Under the pieces are notes generated by a model. It saw only the letters and a program-made list of their open reading frames with translations. It was not told the DNA's origin and searched no databases. This document shows positions 46,456 through 60,987 of a DNA stretch of 64,000 nucleotides, piece by piece. The position numbers and the translations under genes were made by a program. The stretch comes from Eledone cirrhosa (taxonomy: Eukaryota), in the NCBI GenBank assembly GCA_964016885.1, contig OZ024742.1, positions 162,316,001 to 162,380,000 on the forward strand. Direction: 5' to 3'. Every line of letters starts with the position of its first letter. Position 1 is the stretch's first letter.

Positions 46456-46645
46456 GGGTGTTATGTCCGGAGCAAATTTTGATAAAATTTGCTCCGGACA
46501 TAACACCCGTGTCTGAAAGAACTCGCAGAAGTAGAATCAACCAGATCCATACATGGACCAAGACTCGAGCTACATCCCGGCGAAACATTTGTAACACGAA
46601 ATAAACTAAGTCTAGATGCATCACTGATTTTTCGTTTTCTTTATA
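46454..46645 (+). mobile_element. 190-bp element in (TA)n: perfect 27-bp hairpin plus hammerhead-like motif (46508-46598)
   Basis: acgggtg..aatttt-gat-aaaatt..cacccgt; cgtgt-CUGAAAGA...GAAAC-auuu-GUA-acacg, then aataaa. Confidence 0.6.
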
Positions 46646-46803
46646 ATATATATATATATATACATATATATATACAAATATATATAAACATATATATATA
46701 CATATATATATAAGCATATATATATATATATATATATACATATATATAAATATATATATATACATATATATATATATAGATATACATATATATATATACA
46801 TAT

Positions 46804-46834
<31 letters not shown>

Positions 46835-46858
46835 CATATATACATATATATATACATA

Positions 46859-47013
<155 letters not shown>

Positions 47014-47386
47014 CCCGCTTTTTCTAACGGTCCAGAGGGTGATATATCTACATCTATACGGACTTATGTCTAGAAGATTTGGAAAAGCTATCTGAAGAGC
47101 TATATCTTTCCAGTGGAAATTCTCTGAATTTCCAATCTTTTGATAAGCGAAATCGTCGGTCATGGCATTAGAAGATGTAAACATTTAAATCGTATTTTAA
47201 TTTATTTAAAATATTGTTTAATATTTACTTGTTCCGCTCATATTTACAGTTCTGGTATCTATAATTAGTACCATAGGACAACCACTATTATAGACACCAT
47301 ATATATTTCGGTAGGTACCTAGTACCTACTGGGATATCTATAAAATTTATCTAATTCTCCTTAATGTAGAGAAAAAAAATGCTGTA

Positions 47387-47575
47387 GGGCGGTAGATTGG
47401 CTGTATCGGTAGAGGGTCGGACGCCATACTTTGACGCATAGAGTTACGGCGCTTGCTATTCTGAGTTCAAATCACGCCGACGTTAACTTTGCCTTTCATC
47501 CTTATGGGGTCGATAAAATAAACTACCAGTAATACACTGGTTAATTGCTGGCCTTGTGCAAAAAGTAGAAACAAT
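47387..47575 (+). mobile_element. SINE family A inside the array
   Basis: Full length; flanked by a ~101-bp duplication of monomer sequence. Confidence 0.9.
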
Positions 47576-49919
47576 TATTATAGACACCATATATGTTTCC
47601 GTGGGTACCTAGTACCTACTGGGATATCTATATCATTTATCTAATTCTCCTTAATGTAGAGGAAAAAAATGCTGTATCATGCTGCTATTTCTAGCAGCAT
47701 GAAATATCAGCGAGTCTATAATTCCCGCTTTTTCTAACGATCCAATAAGTGTGTGGGTCATTTTAACGGCTTGATTCATTCACTGGGCAGAGAGTGATAT
47801 ATCTACATCTATACAGACTTATGTCTAGAAGATTTGGAAAAGCTATCTGAGGAGCTATATCTTTCTTTGGAAATTCTCTGAATTTCCAATCTTTTGATAA
47901 GCGAAACCGTCGGTCATGGCACTAGAAGAGGTAAATACATAAATCGTATTTTAATTTATTTAAGAGATTGTTTAATGTTTACTTGTTCCGCTCATATTTA
48001 CAGTTCTGGTATCTCAAATTAGTACCATAGAACAACCACTATTAAAGACACCATATATATTTATCTAATTCTCTTTAATATAGAGGAAAGAAATGCTGTA
48101 TCATGCTGCTAATTCTAGCAGCATGAAATATCAGCTAGTCAATAATTCCTGCTTTTTCTAACGATCCAATAAGTGTGTGGGTCATTTTAACGGCTTGATT
48201 CATTCACTGGACAGAGGGTGATATATCTACATCTATATAGACTTATGTCTAATAGATTTGGAAAAGCTATCTGAAGAGCTATATCTTTCCATTGGAAATT
48301 CTCTGAATTTCCAATCTTTTGATAAGCGAAACCGTCGGTCATGGCTCGAGAAGAGGTAAATATTTAAATCTTATTTTGATTTATTTAAAAGATTGTTTAA
48401 TGTTTACTTGTTCTGCTCATATTTACAGTTCTGGTATCTCAAATTAGTACCATAGAACAACCACTATTATAAACACCATATATATTTCCGTGGGGACCTA
48501 GTAACTACTGGGATATCTATATCATTTATCTAATTCTCCTTAATATATAGGAAAAAAATGCTGTATCATGCTGGTATTTCTAGCAGCATGAAATATCAGC
48601 GAGTCTATAATTCCTGCTTTTTCTAACGATCCAATTTAAAGGATTGATACATTCATTGGACAGAGGGTGATATATCTACATCTATATAGACTTATGACTA
48701 GTAGATTTGGAAAAGCTCTCTGATGAGCTATATCTCTCCATTGGAAATTCTCTGAATTTCCAATCTTTTGATAAGCGAAACCGTTGGCCATGGCACTAGA
48801 AGAGGTAATATTTAAATCGTATTTAATTCATTTAAAAGTTTGTTTACTTGTTCTGCTCATATTTAGAGTTCTGGTATCTCAAATTAGTACCATAGAACAA
48901 CCTCTATTATAGACACCATATATATTTCCGTGGGTACCTAGTACCTACTGGGATATCTATATCATTTATCTAATTCACCTTAATGTTGAGAAAAAATGCT
49001 GTATCATGCTGATATTTCTAGCAGCATGAAATATTAGCGAGTTTATAATTGGCGCTTTTTCTAACGATCCAATAAGCGTGTGGGTCATTTCAACGGCTTG
49101 ATTCATTCACTAGCCAGAGGGTGATATATCGACATCTATACGGACTTATGTCTAGTAGATTTGGAAATGCTATCTGAAGAGCTATAACTTTCCATTGGAA
49201 ATTCTCCAAATCAATAAGCGAAACCGTCGGTCATGGCTCGAAAAGAGGTAAATATTTAAATCGTATTTTAATTTATTTAAAAGATTGTTTAATGTTTACT
49301 TGTTCCGCTAATATTTACAGTTCTGGTATCTCAAGTTAGTACCATAGAACAACCACTATTAATGACACCATATATATTTCCGTGGGTACCTAGTACCGAC
49401 TGAGATATCTATATCATTTATCTAATTCTCCTTAATGTAGAGAAAAAAGCAGTATCATGATGATAATTCTAGCAGCATGAAATATCAGCGAGTCTATAAT
49501 TCCCGCTTTATCTAACGATCCAATAAGTGTGTGGGTCATTTTAACGGCTTGATTCATTCACTGGACAGAGGGTGATATATCTACATCTATATAGACTTAT
49601 GTCTAGTAGATTTGGAAAAGCTATCTGAAGAGCTATATCTTTCCATTGGAAATTCTCTGAATTTCCAATCTTTTGATAAGCAAAACCGTCCGTCATGGCA
49701 CTAGAAGAGGTAAAAACTTTAATCGTATTTTAATTTATTTAAGAGATTGTTTAATGTTTACTTGTTCCGCTCTTATTTACAGTTCTGGTATCTCAAATTA
49801 GTACCATAGAACAACCACTATTTTAGATACCATATATATTTCCGTGGGTTCCTAGTACCTACTGGGATATCTATATCATTTATATAATTTTCCTTAATGT
49901 AGAGAAAAAAAATGCTGTA

Positions 49920-50105
49920 GGGCGGTATTGGCAGTATCGGTAGAGGGTCCGACGCTATGTTTGACGCATAGAGTTACGGCACTTGCTATTCTGAGTTCAA
50001 ATCCCGCCGACGTTAACTTTGCCTTTCATCCTTATGGGGTCGACAAAATAAACTACCAGTAATACACTGGTTAATTGCTGGCCTTGTGCCAAAAGTAGAA
50101 ACAAT
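49920..50105 (+). mobile_element. SINE family A inside the array, same monomer position as 47387
   Basis: Identical junctions and shared diagnostic bases (gacgttaac, aaactacc). Confidence 0.9.
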
Positions 50106-53100
50106 TATTATAGACACCATATATATTTCCGTGGGTACCTAGTACCTACTGGGCTGTCTATATCATTTATCTAATTCTCCTTAATGTAGAGCAAAAATGC
50201 TGTACCATGCTGCTATTTCTAGCAGCATGAAATATTAGCGAGTCTATAATTCCAACTTTTTCTAACGATCCAACAAGTGTGTGGGTCATTTTAACGGCTT
50301 GATTCATTCAATGGGCAGCGGTTGATATATCTACATCTATACGGACTTATGTCTATTAGATTTGGAAATGCTATCTGAAGAGCTATAAATTTCCATTGGA
50401 AATTCTCTGAATTCTCCCAATTGATAAGCGAAACCGTTGGTCATTGCTCGAGAAGAGGTAAATATTTAAATCGTATTTTAATTTATTTAAAAGATTGTTT
50501 AAGGTTTACTTGTTCCGCTAATATTTACAGTTCTGGTATCTCAAATTAGGACCATAGAACAACCACTATTATAGACACCATATATATTTTCGTGGGTACC
50601 TAGTACCTACTGGGATATCTATATCATTATCTAATTCTCCTTAATATAGAAAAAAAAATGCTGTATCATGCTGATATTTCTAGCAGCATGAAATATTAGC
50701 GAGTTTATAATTGGCGCTTTTTCTAACGATCCAATAAGCGTGTGATTCATTTCAACGGCTTGATTCATTCACTGGCCAGACGGTGATATATCTACATCTA
50801 TACAGACTTATGTCTGGTAGACTTGGAAAAGCTATCTGAAGAGCTATATCTTCAATTAGAATATCTCTGAATTTCCAATCTTTTGATAAGCGAAACCGTC
50901 GGTCATGGCACTAGAAGATGTAAATATTTAAATTGTATTTTAATTTATTTACGAGATTATTTAATGTTTACTTGTTCCGCTCATATTTACAGTTCTGGTA
51001 TCTCAAATTAGTACAATAGGACAACCACTAATATAGACACCATATATATTTCCGTGGGTGCCTAGTACCTACTAGGATATCTATATCATTTATCTAATTC
51101 TCCTTAATGTAAAGAAAATATGCTGTATCATGCTGCTATTTCTAGCAGCATGAAATATCAGCGAGTTTATAATTCCCGCTTTTCTAACGATCCAATAACT
51201 GTGTGGGTCATTTTAACAGCTTGATTCATTCACCGGGCAGCGGGTGATATATCTACATCTATACGGACTTATGTCTAGTAGATTTGGAAATGCTATCTGA
51301 AGAGCTATATCTTTCCATTGGAAATTGTCTGAATTTCCAATCTTTTGATAAGCGAAACCGTCGGTCATGGCACTAGAAGAGGTAAATACTTTAATCGTAT
51401 TTTAATTTATTTAAGAGTTTGTTTAATGTTTACTTATTCCGTTCATATTTACCATTCTGGTATCTCAAATTTGTACCATAGAACAACCACTATTTTAAAC
51501 ACCATATACATTTCCGTGGGTACCTAGTACCTACTGGGATTTCTATATCAATTATGTAATTCTCCTTAATGTAGAGAAAAAAATGACGTATCGTGCTGCT
51601 ATTTCTAGCAGGATGAAATATCAGCGAGTTTATAATTCCCGCTTTTCTAACGATCCAATAAGTGTGTGGGTCATTTTAACGGCTTGATTCATTCACTGGG
51701 CAGCGGGTGATATATCTACATTTATATAGACTTATGTCTAGTAGATTTGGAAAAGTTATCTGAAGAGATATATCTTTCCATTGGAAACTCTCTGAATTTC
51801 CAATCTTTTGATAAGCGAAACCGTTGGTCATGGCACTAGAAGAGGTAATATTTAAATCGTATTTTAATTTATTTAAGAGATTGATTAATGTTTAATTTTT
51901 CCGCTCATATTTACAGTTCTGGTCTCTCAAATTAGTACCATAGAACAACCACTATTTTAGACACCATATATATTTCCGTGGGTACCTAGTATCTACTGGG
52001 ATATCTATATCAATTATATAATTCTCATTAAGGTAGAGAAAAAAATGCCGTAACTTGATGCTATTTCTAGCCGCATGAAATATCAGCGAGTCTATAATTC
52101 CCGCATTTTCTAACAATCCAATAAGTGTGTGGGTCATTTTAACCGCTTGATTCATTAACTGGGCAGATGGTGATATATCTACATCTATATAGACTTATGT
52201 CTAGTAGATTTGGAAAAGCTATCTGAAGAGTTATATCTTTCCATTGGAAATTTTCTGAATTTCCAAACTTTTGATTAAGCGAAACCGTCGGTCATGGCAT
52301 TAGAAGAGGTAAATACTTTAATCGTATTTTAATTTATTTAAGAGATTGTTTAATGTTTACTTGTTCCGTTCATATTTACAGTTCTGGTATCTCAAATTAG
52401 TACAATAGGACAACCACTAATATAGACACCATATATATTTCCGTGGGTGCCTAGTACCTACTGAGATATCTATATCATTTATCTAATTCAGAAAAAAATG
52501 CTGTATCATGCTGCTATTTCTAGCAGCATGAAATATCAGCCAGTCTATAATTCCCGCATTTTCTAACGGTCCAATAAGTGTGTGGGTCATTTTAACGGCT
52601 GGATTCATTCACCGGGCAGAGGTAGATATATCTACATCTATACGGACTGATGTCTAGTAGATTTGGAAAAGCTATATTATTTCCATTGGAAATTCTCTGA
52701 ATTTCTAATCTGTTGATAAGCGAAACCGTCGGTCATGGCACTAGAAGAGGTAAATATTTAAATCGTATTTTAATTTATTTACAATATTGTTTAATGTTTA
52801 CTTGTTCTGGTATCTCTAATTAGTACCATCGAACAACCACTATTATAGACACCATATATATTTACGTGGGTACCTAGTACCTACTGGGATATCTATATAA
52901 TTTATCTAATTCTCCTTAATGTAGAGAAATATATGCTGTATCATGCTGCTATTTCTAGCAGCATGAAATATCAGCGAGTCTATAATTCCCGCTTTTCCTA
53001 ACGATCCAATAATTGTGTGGGTCATTTTAACGGCTTGATTTATTCACTGAGCAGTGGGTGATATATCTACATATATATAGACTTATGTTTAGTAGATTTG

Positions 53101-53550
53101 GAAAAGCTATCTGAAGAGCTATATCTTTCCATTGGAAATTCTCTAAATTTCCAATATTTTGATAAGCGAAACCGTTGGTCATGGCACTAGAAGAGGTAAT
53201 ATTTAAATCGTATTTTAATTTATTTAAGAGATTGATTAATGTTTACTTGTTCCGTTCATATTTACAGTTCTGGTATCTCAAATTAGTACCATAGAACAAC
53301 CACTATTTTAGACACCATATATATTTCCGTGGGTACCTAGCATCTACTGGGATATCTATATCAATTATGTAATTCTCCTTAATGTAGAGAAAAAAATGCC
53401 GTATCATGCTGCTATTTCTAGCAGCATGAAATATCAGCGAGTCTATAATTCACGCTTTTTCTACCGGTCCAATAATTGTGTGGGTCATTTTAACGGCTTG
53501 ATTTATTCACTGGGCAGAGGGTGATATATCTACATATATATAGACTTATG

Positions 53551-53654
53551 TCTAGTAGATTTGGAAACGCTATCTGAAGAGCTATATCATTCCATTGGAA
53601 ATTCTCTGAATTTCCAATCTGTTGATAAGCGAAACCGTCGGTCATGGCACTAGA
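53551..53654 (+). ncRNA. Representative array hammerhead (type I, minimal stem III)
   Basis: tctagt..GCUAU-CUGAAGA-GCU..attggaaattc/gaatttccaat..AGC-GAAAC-CGUCG-GUC/AUGGC-actaga; predicted cleavage after 53643. Confidence 0.85.
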
Positions 53655-56600
53655 AGAGGTAAATATTTAAAACGTATTTTAATTTATCTAAAATATTTTT
53701 TAATGTTTACTTGTTCCGATCATATATATAGTTCTGATATCTCAAATTAGTACCATAGAACAACCACTACTATAGACTCCATATATATTTCCGTGGGTAC
53801 CTAGTACCTACTGGGATATCCATATCATTTATCTAATTCTCCTCAATGTAGAGAAAAATATGCTGTATCATGCTGTTATTACTAGCAGCATGAAATATCA
53901 GCGAGTCTATAATTCCCGCTTTTTCCAACGATCCAATAAGTGTGTGGGTCATTTTAACGGCTTGATTCATTCACCGGGCAGAGGGTGATATATCTACATC
54001 TATACGGACTTATGTCTAGTAGATTTGGAAAAGCTATATTATTTCCATTGGAAATTCTCTGAATTTCCAATCTGTTGATAAGCGAAACCGTCGGTCATGG
54101 CACTAGAAGAGGTAAATATTCACATCGTATTTTAATTTATTTAAAATATTGTTTAATGTTTACTTGTTCCGATAATATTTACAGTTCTGGTATCTCAAAT
54201 TAGCACCATAGAACAACTACTATTATATATTTCCGTGGGTACCTAGTACCTGCTGGGATATCTATATAATTTATCTAATTCTCCTTAATGTAGAGAAATA
54301 TATGCTGTATCCTGCTGCTATTTCTAGCAGCATGAAATATCAGCGAGTCTATAATTCCCGCTTTTTCTGACGGTCAAATAAGTGTGTGGGTCATTTTAAC
54401 GGATTGATTCATTCACCGGTCAGAGGGTGATATATTTACATCTATACGGACTTATGTCTAGTACATTGGGAAAAGCTATATTATTTCCATTGGAAATTCT
54501 CTTAATTTCCAATCTGTTGATAACCGAAACCGTCGGTCATGGCACTAGAAGAGGTAAATATTTGAAACGTATTTTAATTCATTTAAAATATTGTTTAATG
54601 TTTACTTGTTCCGATTATATTTACAGTTCTGATATCTCAAATTAGTACTATAAAACAACCACTACTATAGACACCATATATATTTCCGTGGGTACCTAGT
54701 TCCTAAGGGGATATCCATATCATTTATCTAATTCTCCTCAATGTAGAGAAAAAATGCTGCATCATGCTGCTATTACTAGCAGCATGAAAAATCAGCGAGT
54801 CTATAATTCTCGCTTTTTCTAACGATTCAATAAATGTGTGGGTCATTTTAACGGCTTGATTCATTCATTGGTCAGAGGCTGATATATCTACATCTATACA
54901 GACTTCTGTCCAGTAGATCTGGAAAAAGCTATCTGAAGAGCTATATCTTTCCATTGGAAATTCTCTGAATTTCCAATCTTTTGATAGGCGAAACCGTCGG
55001 TCATGGCACTAGAAGAGGTAAATATATAAATCGTATTTTTAATTTATTTAAGAGATTGTTTAATGATTACTTGTTCCGCTCATATTTACAGTTCTGGTAT
55101 CTCAAATTAGTACCATAGATCAACCACTATTATAGACACCATATATATTTCCGTGGCTACCTAGTACCTACTGGGATATCTATATCATATATCTAATTCT
55201 CCTTAATGGAGAGAAAAAAATGCTGCATCATGCTGCTATTTCTAGCAGCTTGAAATATCAACGAGTTTATATTTCCCGCGTTTTCTAACGGTCAAATAAG
55301 TGTGTGGGTCATTTTAACGGCTGGATTCATTCACCGGGCAGAGGTAGATATATCTACATCTATACGGACTTATGTCTAGTAGATTTAGAAAAGCTATATT
55401 ATTTCCATTGGAAATTCTCTGAATTTCCAATCTGTTGATAAGCGAAACCGTCGGTCATGGCACTAGAAGAGGTAAATATTTAAATCGTATTTTAATTTAT
55501 TTAAAATATTGTTTAATGTTTACTTGTTCCGATTATATTTACAGTTCTGGTATCTCAAATTAGTACCATTGAACAACCACTATTATAGACACCATATATA
55601 TTTCCGTGGGTACCTAGTACATACTGGGATATCTATATCATTTATCTAATTCTCCTTAATGTAGAGGAAATAAATACTGTATCATGCTGCTATTTCTAGC
55701 AGCATGAAATATCAGCCAGTCTATAATTCCTGCTTTTTCTAACGGTCCAATAAGTGTGTGGCTCATTTTAACGACTTGATTCATTCATTGGGCAGAGGGT
55801 GATATATCTACATCTATACAGACTTCTGTCCAGTAGATTTGGAAAAGCTATCTGAAGAGCTATATCTTTCCATTGGAAATTCTCTGAATTTCCAATCCTT
55901 TGATAGGCGAAACCGTCGGTCATGGCACTAGAAGAGGTAAATATTTACATCGTATTTTAATTTATTTAAGATAATGTTTAATGTTTACTTGTACCGCTCA
56001 TATTTACAGTTCTGGTATCTCAAATTAGTACCATAGAACAACCACTATTATAGACACCATATATATTTCCGTGGGTACCTAGTACCTACTGGGATATCTA
56101 TATCATATATCTAATTCTCCTTAATGTAGAGAAATATATGCTGTATCATGCTGCTATTTCTAGCAACATGAAATATCAGCGAGTCTATAATTCCCGCTTT
56201 TTCTAACGATCCAATATTAGTACCATAGAACAACCACTATTATAGACACCATATATATTTCCGTGGGTACCTAGTACCTACTGGGATATCTATATCATTT
56301 ATCTAATTCTCCTTAATGTAGAGGAAATAAATACTGTATCATGCTGCTATTTCTTGCAGCATGAAATATCAGCGAGTCTATAATTCCCGCGTTTTCTAAC
56401 TGTCCAATAAGTGTTTCTGTTATTTTAACGGCTTGATTCATTCACCGGGCAGAGGGTGATATATCTACATCTATACGGACTTATGTCTAGTAGATTTGGA
56501 AAAGCTATATTATTTCCATTGGAAATTCTCTTAATTTCCAATCTGTTGATAACCGAAACCGTCGGTCATGGCACTAGAAGAGGTAAATATTTAAAACGTG

Positions 56601-59600
56601 TTTTAATTCATTTAAAATATTGTTTAATGTTTACTTGTTCCGATCATATTTATAGTTCTGATATCTCAAATTAGTACCATAAAACAACCACTACTATAGA
56701 CACCATATATATTTCCGTGGGTACCTAGTACCTACTGGGATATCCATATCATTTATCTAATTCTCCTCAATGTAGAGAAAAAAATGCTGTATCATGCTGC
56801 TATTACTAGCAGCATGAAATATCAGCGAGTCTATAATTCTCGCTTTTTCTAACGATCCAATAAGTGTGTGGGTCATTTTAACGGCTTGATTCATTCATTG
56901 GACAGAGGGTGATATATCTACATCTATACAGACTTCTGTCCAGTAGATCTGGAAAAAGCTATCTGAAGAGCTATATCTTTCCATTGGAAATTCTCTGAAT
57001 TTCCAATCTTTTGATAGGCGAAAACCGTCGGTCATGGCACTAGAAGAGGTAAATATATAAATCGTATTTTAATTTATTTAAGAGATTGTTTAATGATTAC
57101 TTGTTCCGCTCATATTTACAGTTCTGGTATCTCAAATTAGTACCATAGAACAACCACTATTATAGACACCATATATATTTCCGTGGCTACCTAGTACCGA
57201 CTGGGATATCTATATCATATATCTAATTCTCCTTAATGGAGAGAAAAAAATGCTGCATCATGCTGCTATTTCTAGCAGCTTGAAATATCAACGAGTTTAT
57301 ATTTCCCGCGTTTTCTAACGGTCAAATAAGTGTGTGGGTCATTTTAACGGCTGGATTCATTCACCGGGCAGAGGTAGATATATCTACATCTATACGGACT
57401 TATGTCTAGTAGATTTAGAAAAGCTATATTATTTCCATTGGAAATTCTCTGAATTTCCAATCTGTTGATAAGCGAAACCGTCGGTCATGGAACTAGAAGA
57501 GGTAAATATTTACATCGTATTTTAATTTATTTAAGATAATGTTTAATGTTTACTTGTACCGCTCATATTTACAGTTCTGGTATCTCAAATTAGTACCATA
57601 GAACAACCACTATTATAGACACCATATATATTTCCGTGGGTACCTAGTACCTACTGGGATATCTATATCATATATCTAATTCTCCTTAATGTAGAGGAAA
57701 TAAATACTGTATCATGCTGCTATTTCTTGCAGCATGAAATATCAGCGAGTCTATAATTCCCGCGTTTTCTAACTGTCCAATAAGTGTTTCTGTTATTTTA
57801 ACGGCTTGATTCATTCAGCGGGCAGAGGGTGATATATCTACATCTATACGGACCTCTGTCCAGCCTGTTGATTTGGAAAAGCTATCTGAAGAGCTATATC
57901 TTTCCATTGGAAATTCTCTGAATTTCCAATCTGTTGATAACCGAAACCGTCGGTCATGGCACTAGAATAGTTAAATATTTACATCGTATTTTAATTTATT
58001 TAAAATATTGTGTAATATTTACTTGTAATCTCATACTTACAGTTCTGGGATCTCAAATTAGTACCACAGAACAACCACTATTATAGACACCATATATATT
58101 TTTTCGTGGGTACCTAGTACCTACTGGGATATCTATATCATTTATCTAATTCTCATTAATGTAGAGAAAAAAATGCTGTATCATGCTGCAATTTCTAGCA
58201 GCATGAAATATCAGCGAGTCTATAATTTCCGCTTTTTCTAACGGTCCAATAACTGTGTGGGTCATTTTAACGGCTTGATTCATTCACCGGACAGAGGGTG
58301 ATATATCTACATCTATACCGACGTATGTCTAGTAGATTTGGAAAAGCTATCTGAACAGCTATATCTTTCCATTGGAAATTCTCTGAATTTCCAATCTTTT
58401 GATAGGCGAAACTGTCGGTCATGGCACTAGAAGTGGTAAATATTTAAATCGTATTTTAATTTATTTAAGAGATTGTTTAATGTTTACTTGTTCCACTCAT
58501 ATTTACAGTCCTGGTATCTCAAATTAGTACCAAAGAACAACCACTATTATAGACACCATATATATTTACGTGGGTGCCTAGTACCTACTGGGATATCTAT
58601 ATCATTTATCTAATACTCCTTAATGTAGAGAAAAGATGCTGTATCATGCTGCTGTTTCTAGCAGCATGAAATATCAGCGAGTCTAAATTTCCCGCTTTTT
58701 CTAACGGTCCAATAAGTGTGTGGGTCATTTATGGACTTGATTCATTCACTGGGCAGAGGGTGATATATCTACATCTATACGGACTTATGTCTAGTATATT
58801 TGGAAAAGCTATCTGATTTCCATTGGAAATTCTCTGAATTTCCAATCTGTTGTTAAGCGAAACCGTCTGTCATGGCACTAGAAGAGGTAAATATTTAAAT
58901 CGTATTTTAATTCATTTAAAATATTGTTTAACGTTTACTTGTTCCGCTCATATTTACAGTTCTGGTATATCAAATTAGTACCATAGAACAACCACTATTA
59001 TAGACACCATATAGATTTCCGTGTGTACCTAGTACCTACTGAGATATCTATATCATTTATCTAATTCACCTTAATGTAGAGGAAATAAATACTGTATCAT
59101 GCTGCTATTTCTTGCAGCATGAAATATCAGCGTGTCTATAATTCCCGCGTTTTCTAACTGTCCAATAAGTGTGTCCGTTATTTTAACGGCTTGATTCATT
59201 CACCGTGCAGAGGGTGATATATCTACATCTATACGGACTTCTGTCCAGTTGATTTGGAAAAGCTATCTGAAGAGCTATATCTTTCCATTGGAAATTCTCT
59301 GAATTTCTAATCTTTTGATAAGCGAAACTGTCGGTCATGGCACTAGTAGAGGTAAATATTTAAATCGTATTTTAATTTATTTAACAGATTGTTTAATGTT
59401 TACTTGTTCCCCTCTTATTTACAGTTCTGGTATCTCAAATTAGTACCATAGAACAACCACTATTATAGACACCATATATATTTCTGTGGGTTCATAGTAC
59501 CTACTGGGATATCTATATCATTTATCTAATTCTCCCTAATGTAGAGAAAAAAATGCTGTATCATGCTGCTATTTCTAGCAGCATGAAATATCAGCCAGTC

Positions 59601-60335
59601 TATAATTCCCGCTTTTTCTAACGATCCATTAAATGTGTGGGTCATTTTAACGGCTTGATTCATTCATTTGGCAGAGGGTGATATATCTACATCTATATAG
59701 ACTTATGTATAGTAGATTTGGAAAAGCTATCTGAAGAGCTATATCTTTCCATTGGAAATTCTCTGAATTTCCAATCTTTTGATAAGCGAAATCGTTAGTC
59801 ATGGCACTAGAAGAGGTAAATATTTAAATCGTATTTTAATTTATTTAAAAGATTGTTTAATGTTTACTTGTTCCGCTCATATTTACAGTTCTGGTATCTC
59901 AAATTAGTACCATAGAACAACCACTATTATAGACACCATATAGATTTCCGTGGGAACCTAGTACCTACTGGGATATCTATATCATTTATCTAATTCTCCT
60001 TAATGTAGAGAAAATATGGTGCATCATGCTGCTATTTCTAGCAGCATGAAATATCAGCGAGTCTATAATTCCCGCTTTTTCGAACGGTCCAATAAGTGTG
60101 TGGGTCATTTTAACGGCTTGATTCATTCACTGGGCAGAGGGTGATATATCTACATCTATACGGACTTATGTCTAGTAGATTTGGAAAAGCTATCTGAAGA
60201 GCTATATCATTCCATTGGAAATTCTCTGAATTTCCAATCTTTTGATAAGCGAAACCGTCGTCATGGCACTAGAAGAGGTAAATACTTAAATCGTATTTTA
60301 ATTTAATTAAATGATTGTTTAATGTCTACTTGTTC

Positions 60336-60439
<104 letters not shown>

Positions 60440-60465
60440 CATATATACATACATACATACATACA

Positions 60466-60977
60466 TGCTGAACTCCATACATTTTTGTTGATTTTTTTCG
60501 GAATGTTTTGACTGCTGTTTCTTGTAAACAGACATTCGTCTCATTCTGACGTCATTAGCTTTGTTCTCCATGTGTGTTTATTTTCATAATTCCAGACTAG
60601 GTCTACTACCCCGCTTTTAAATTCCCTTTCTGGCATATTTTAGCAGTGATTTTGGTTATAGTGTTGAGCTTTACTGATGAACGGTTCCAGCGGTGACTAA
60701 CCCCACTGAAAAGTTTCGTGTAGAGCATTTGTAGTTTTTCCAAATTGAAGGATGAGTATTTAACCTTAATTGTATTCTGAGTTAAGACTCTATTGGTTTT
60801 TTTTCCTGGATTTCCCAAAATCTGTGGATAAAATTTCTGTCTTGACTTTTATTTTAATTGAGTTTGAATTATTTTCCCTTATCTTACGTTAAATATTTTC
60901 CATCTTGTCGTTATAGTCACTTATATATTATGAAATACTGTTGGCTTCTTGCTCACATTAATTTCTCTATTTTCATA
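60466..60977 (+). mobile_element. Second copy of the 2128-2733 element, HHR stem III deleted
   Basis: ctgatgaacgg...tttcgtg joins directly to tagagc. Confidence 0.75.
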
Positions 60978-60987
60978 TATATATATA

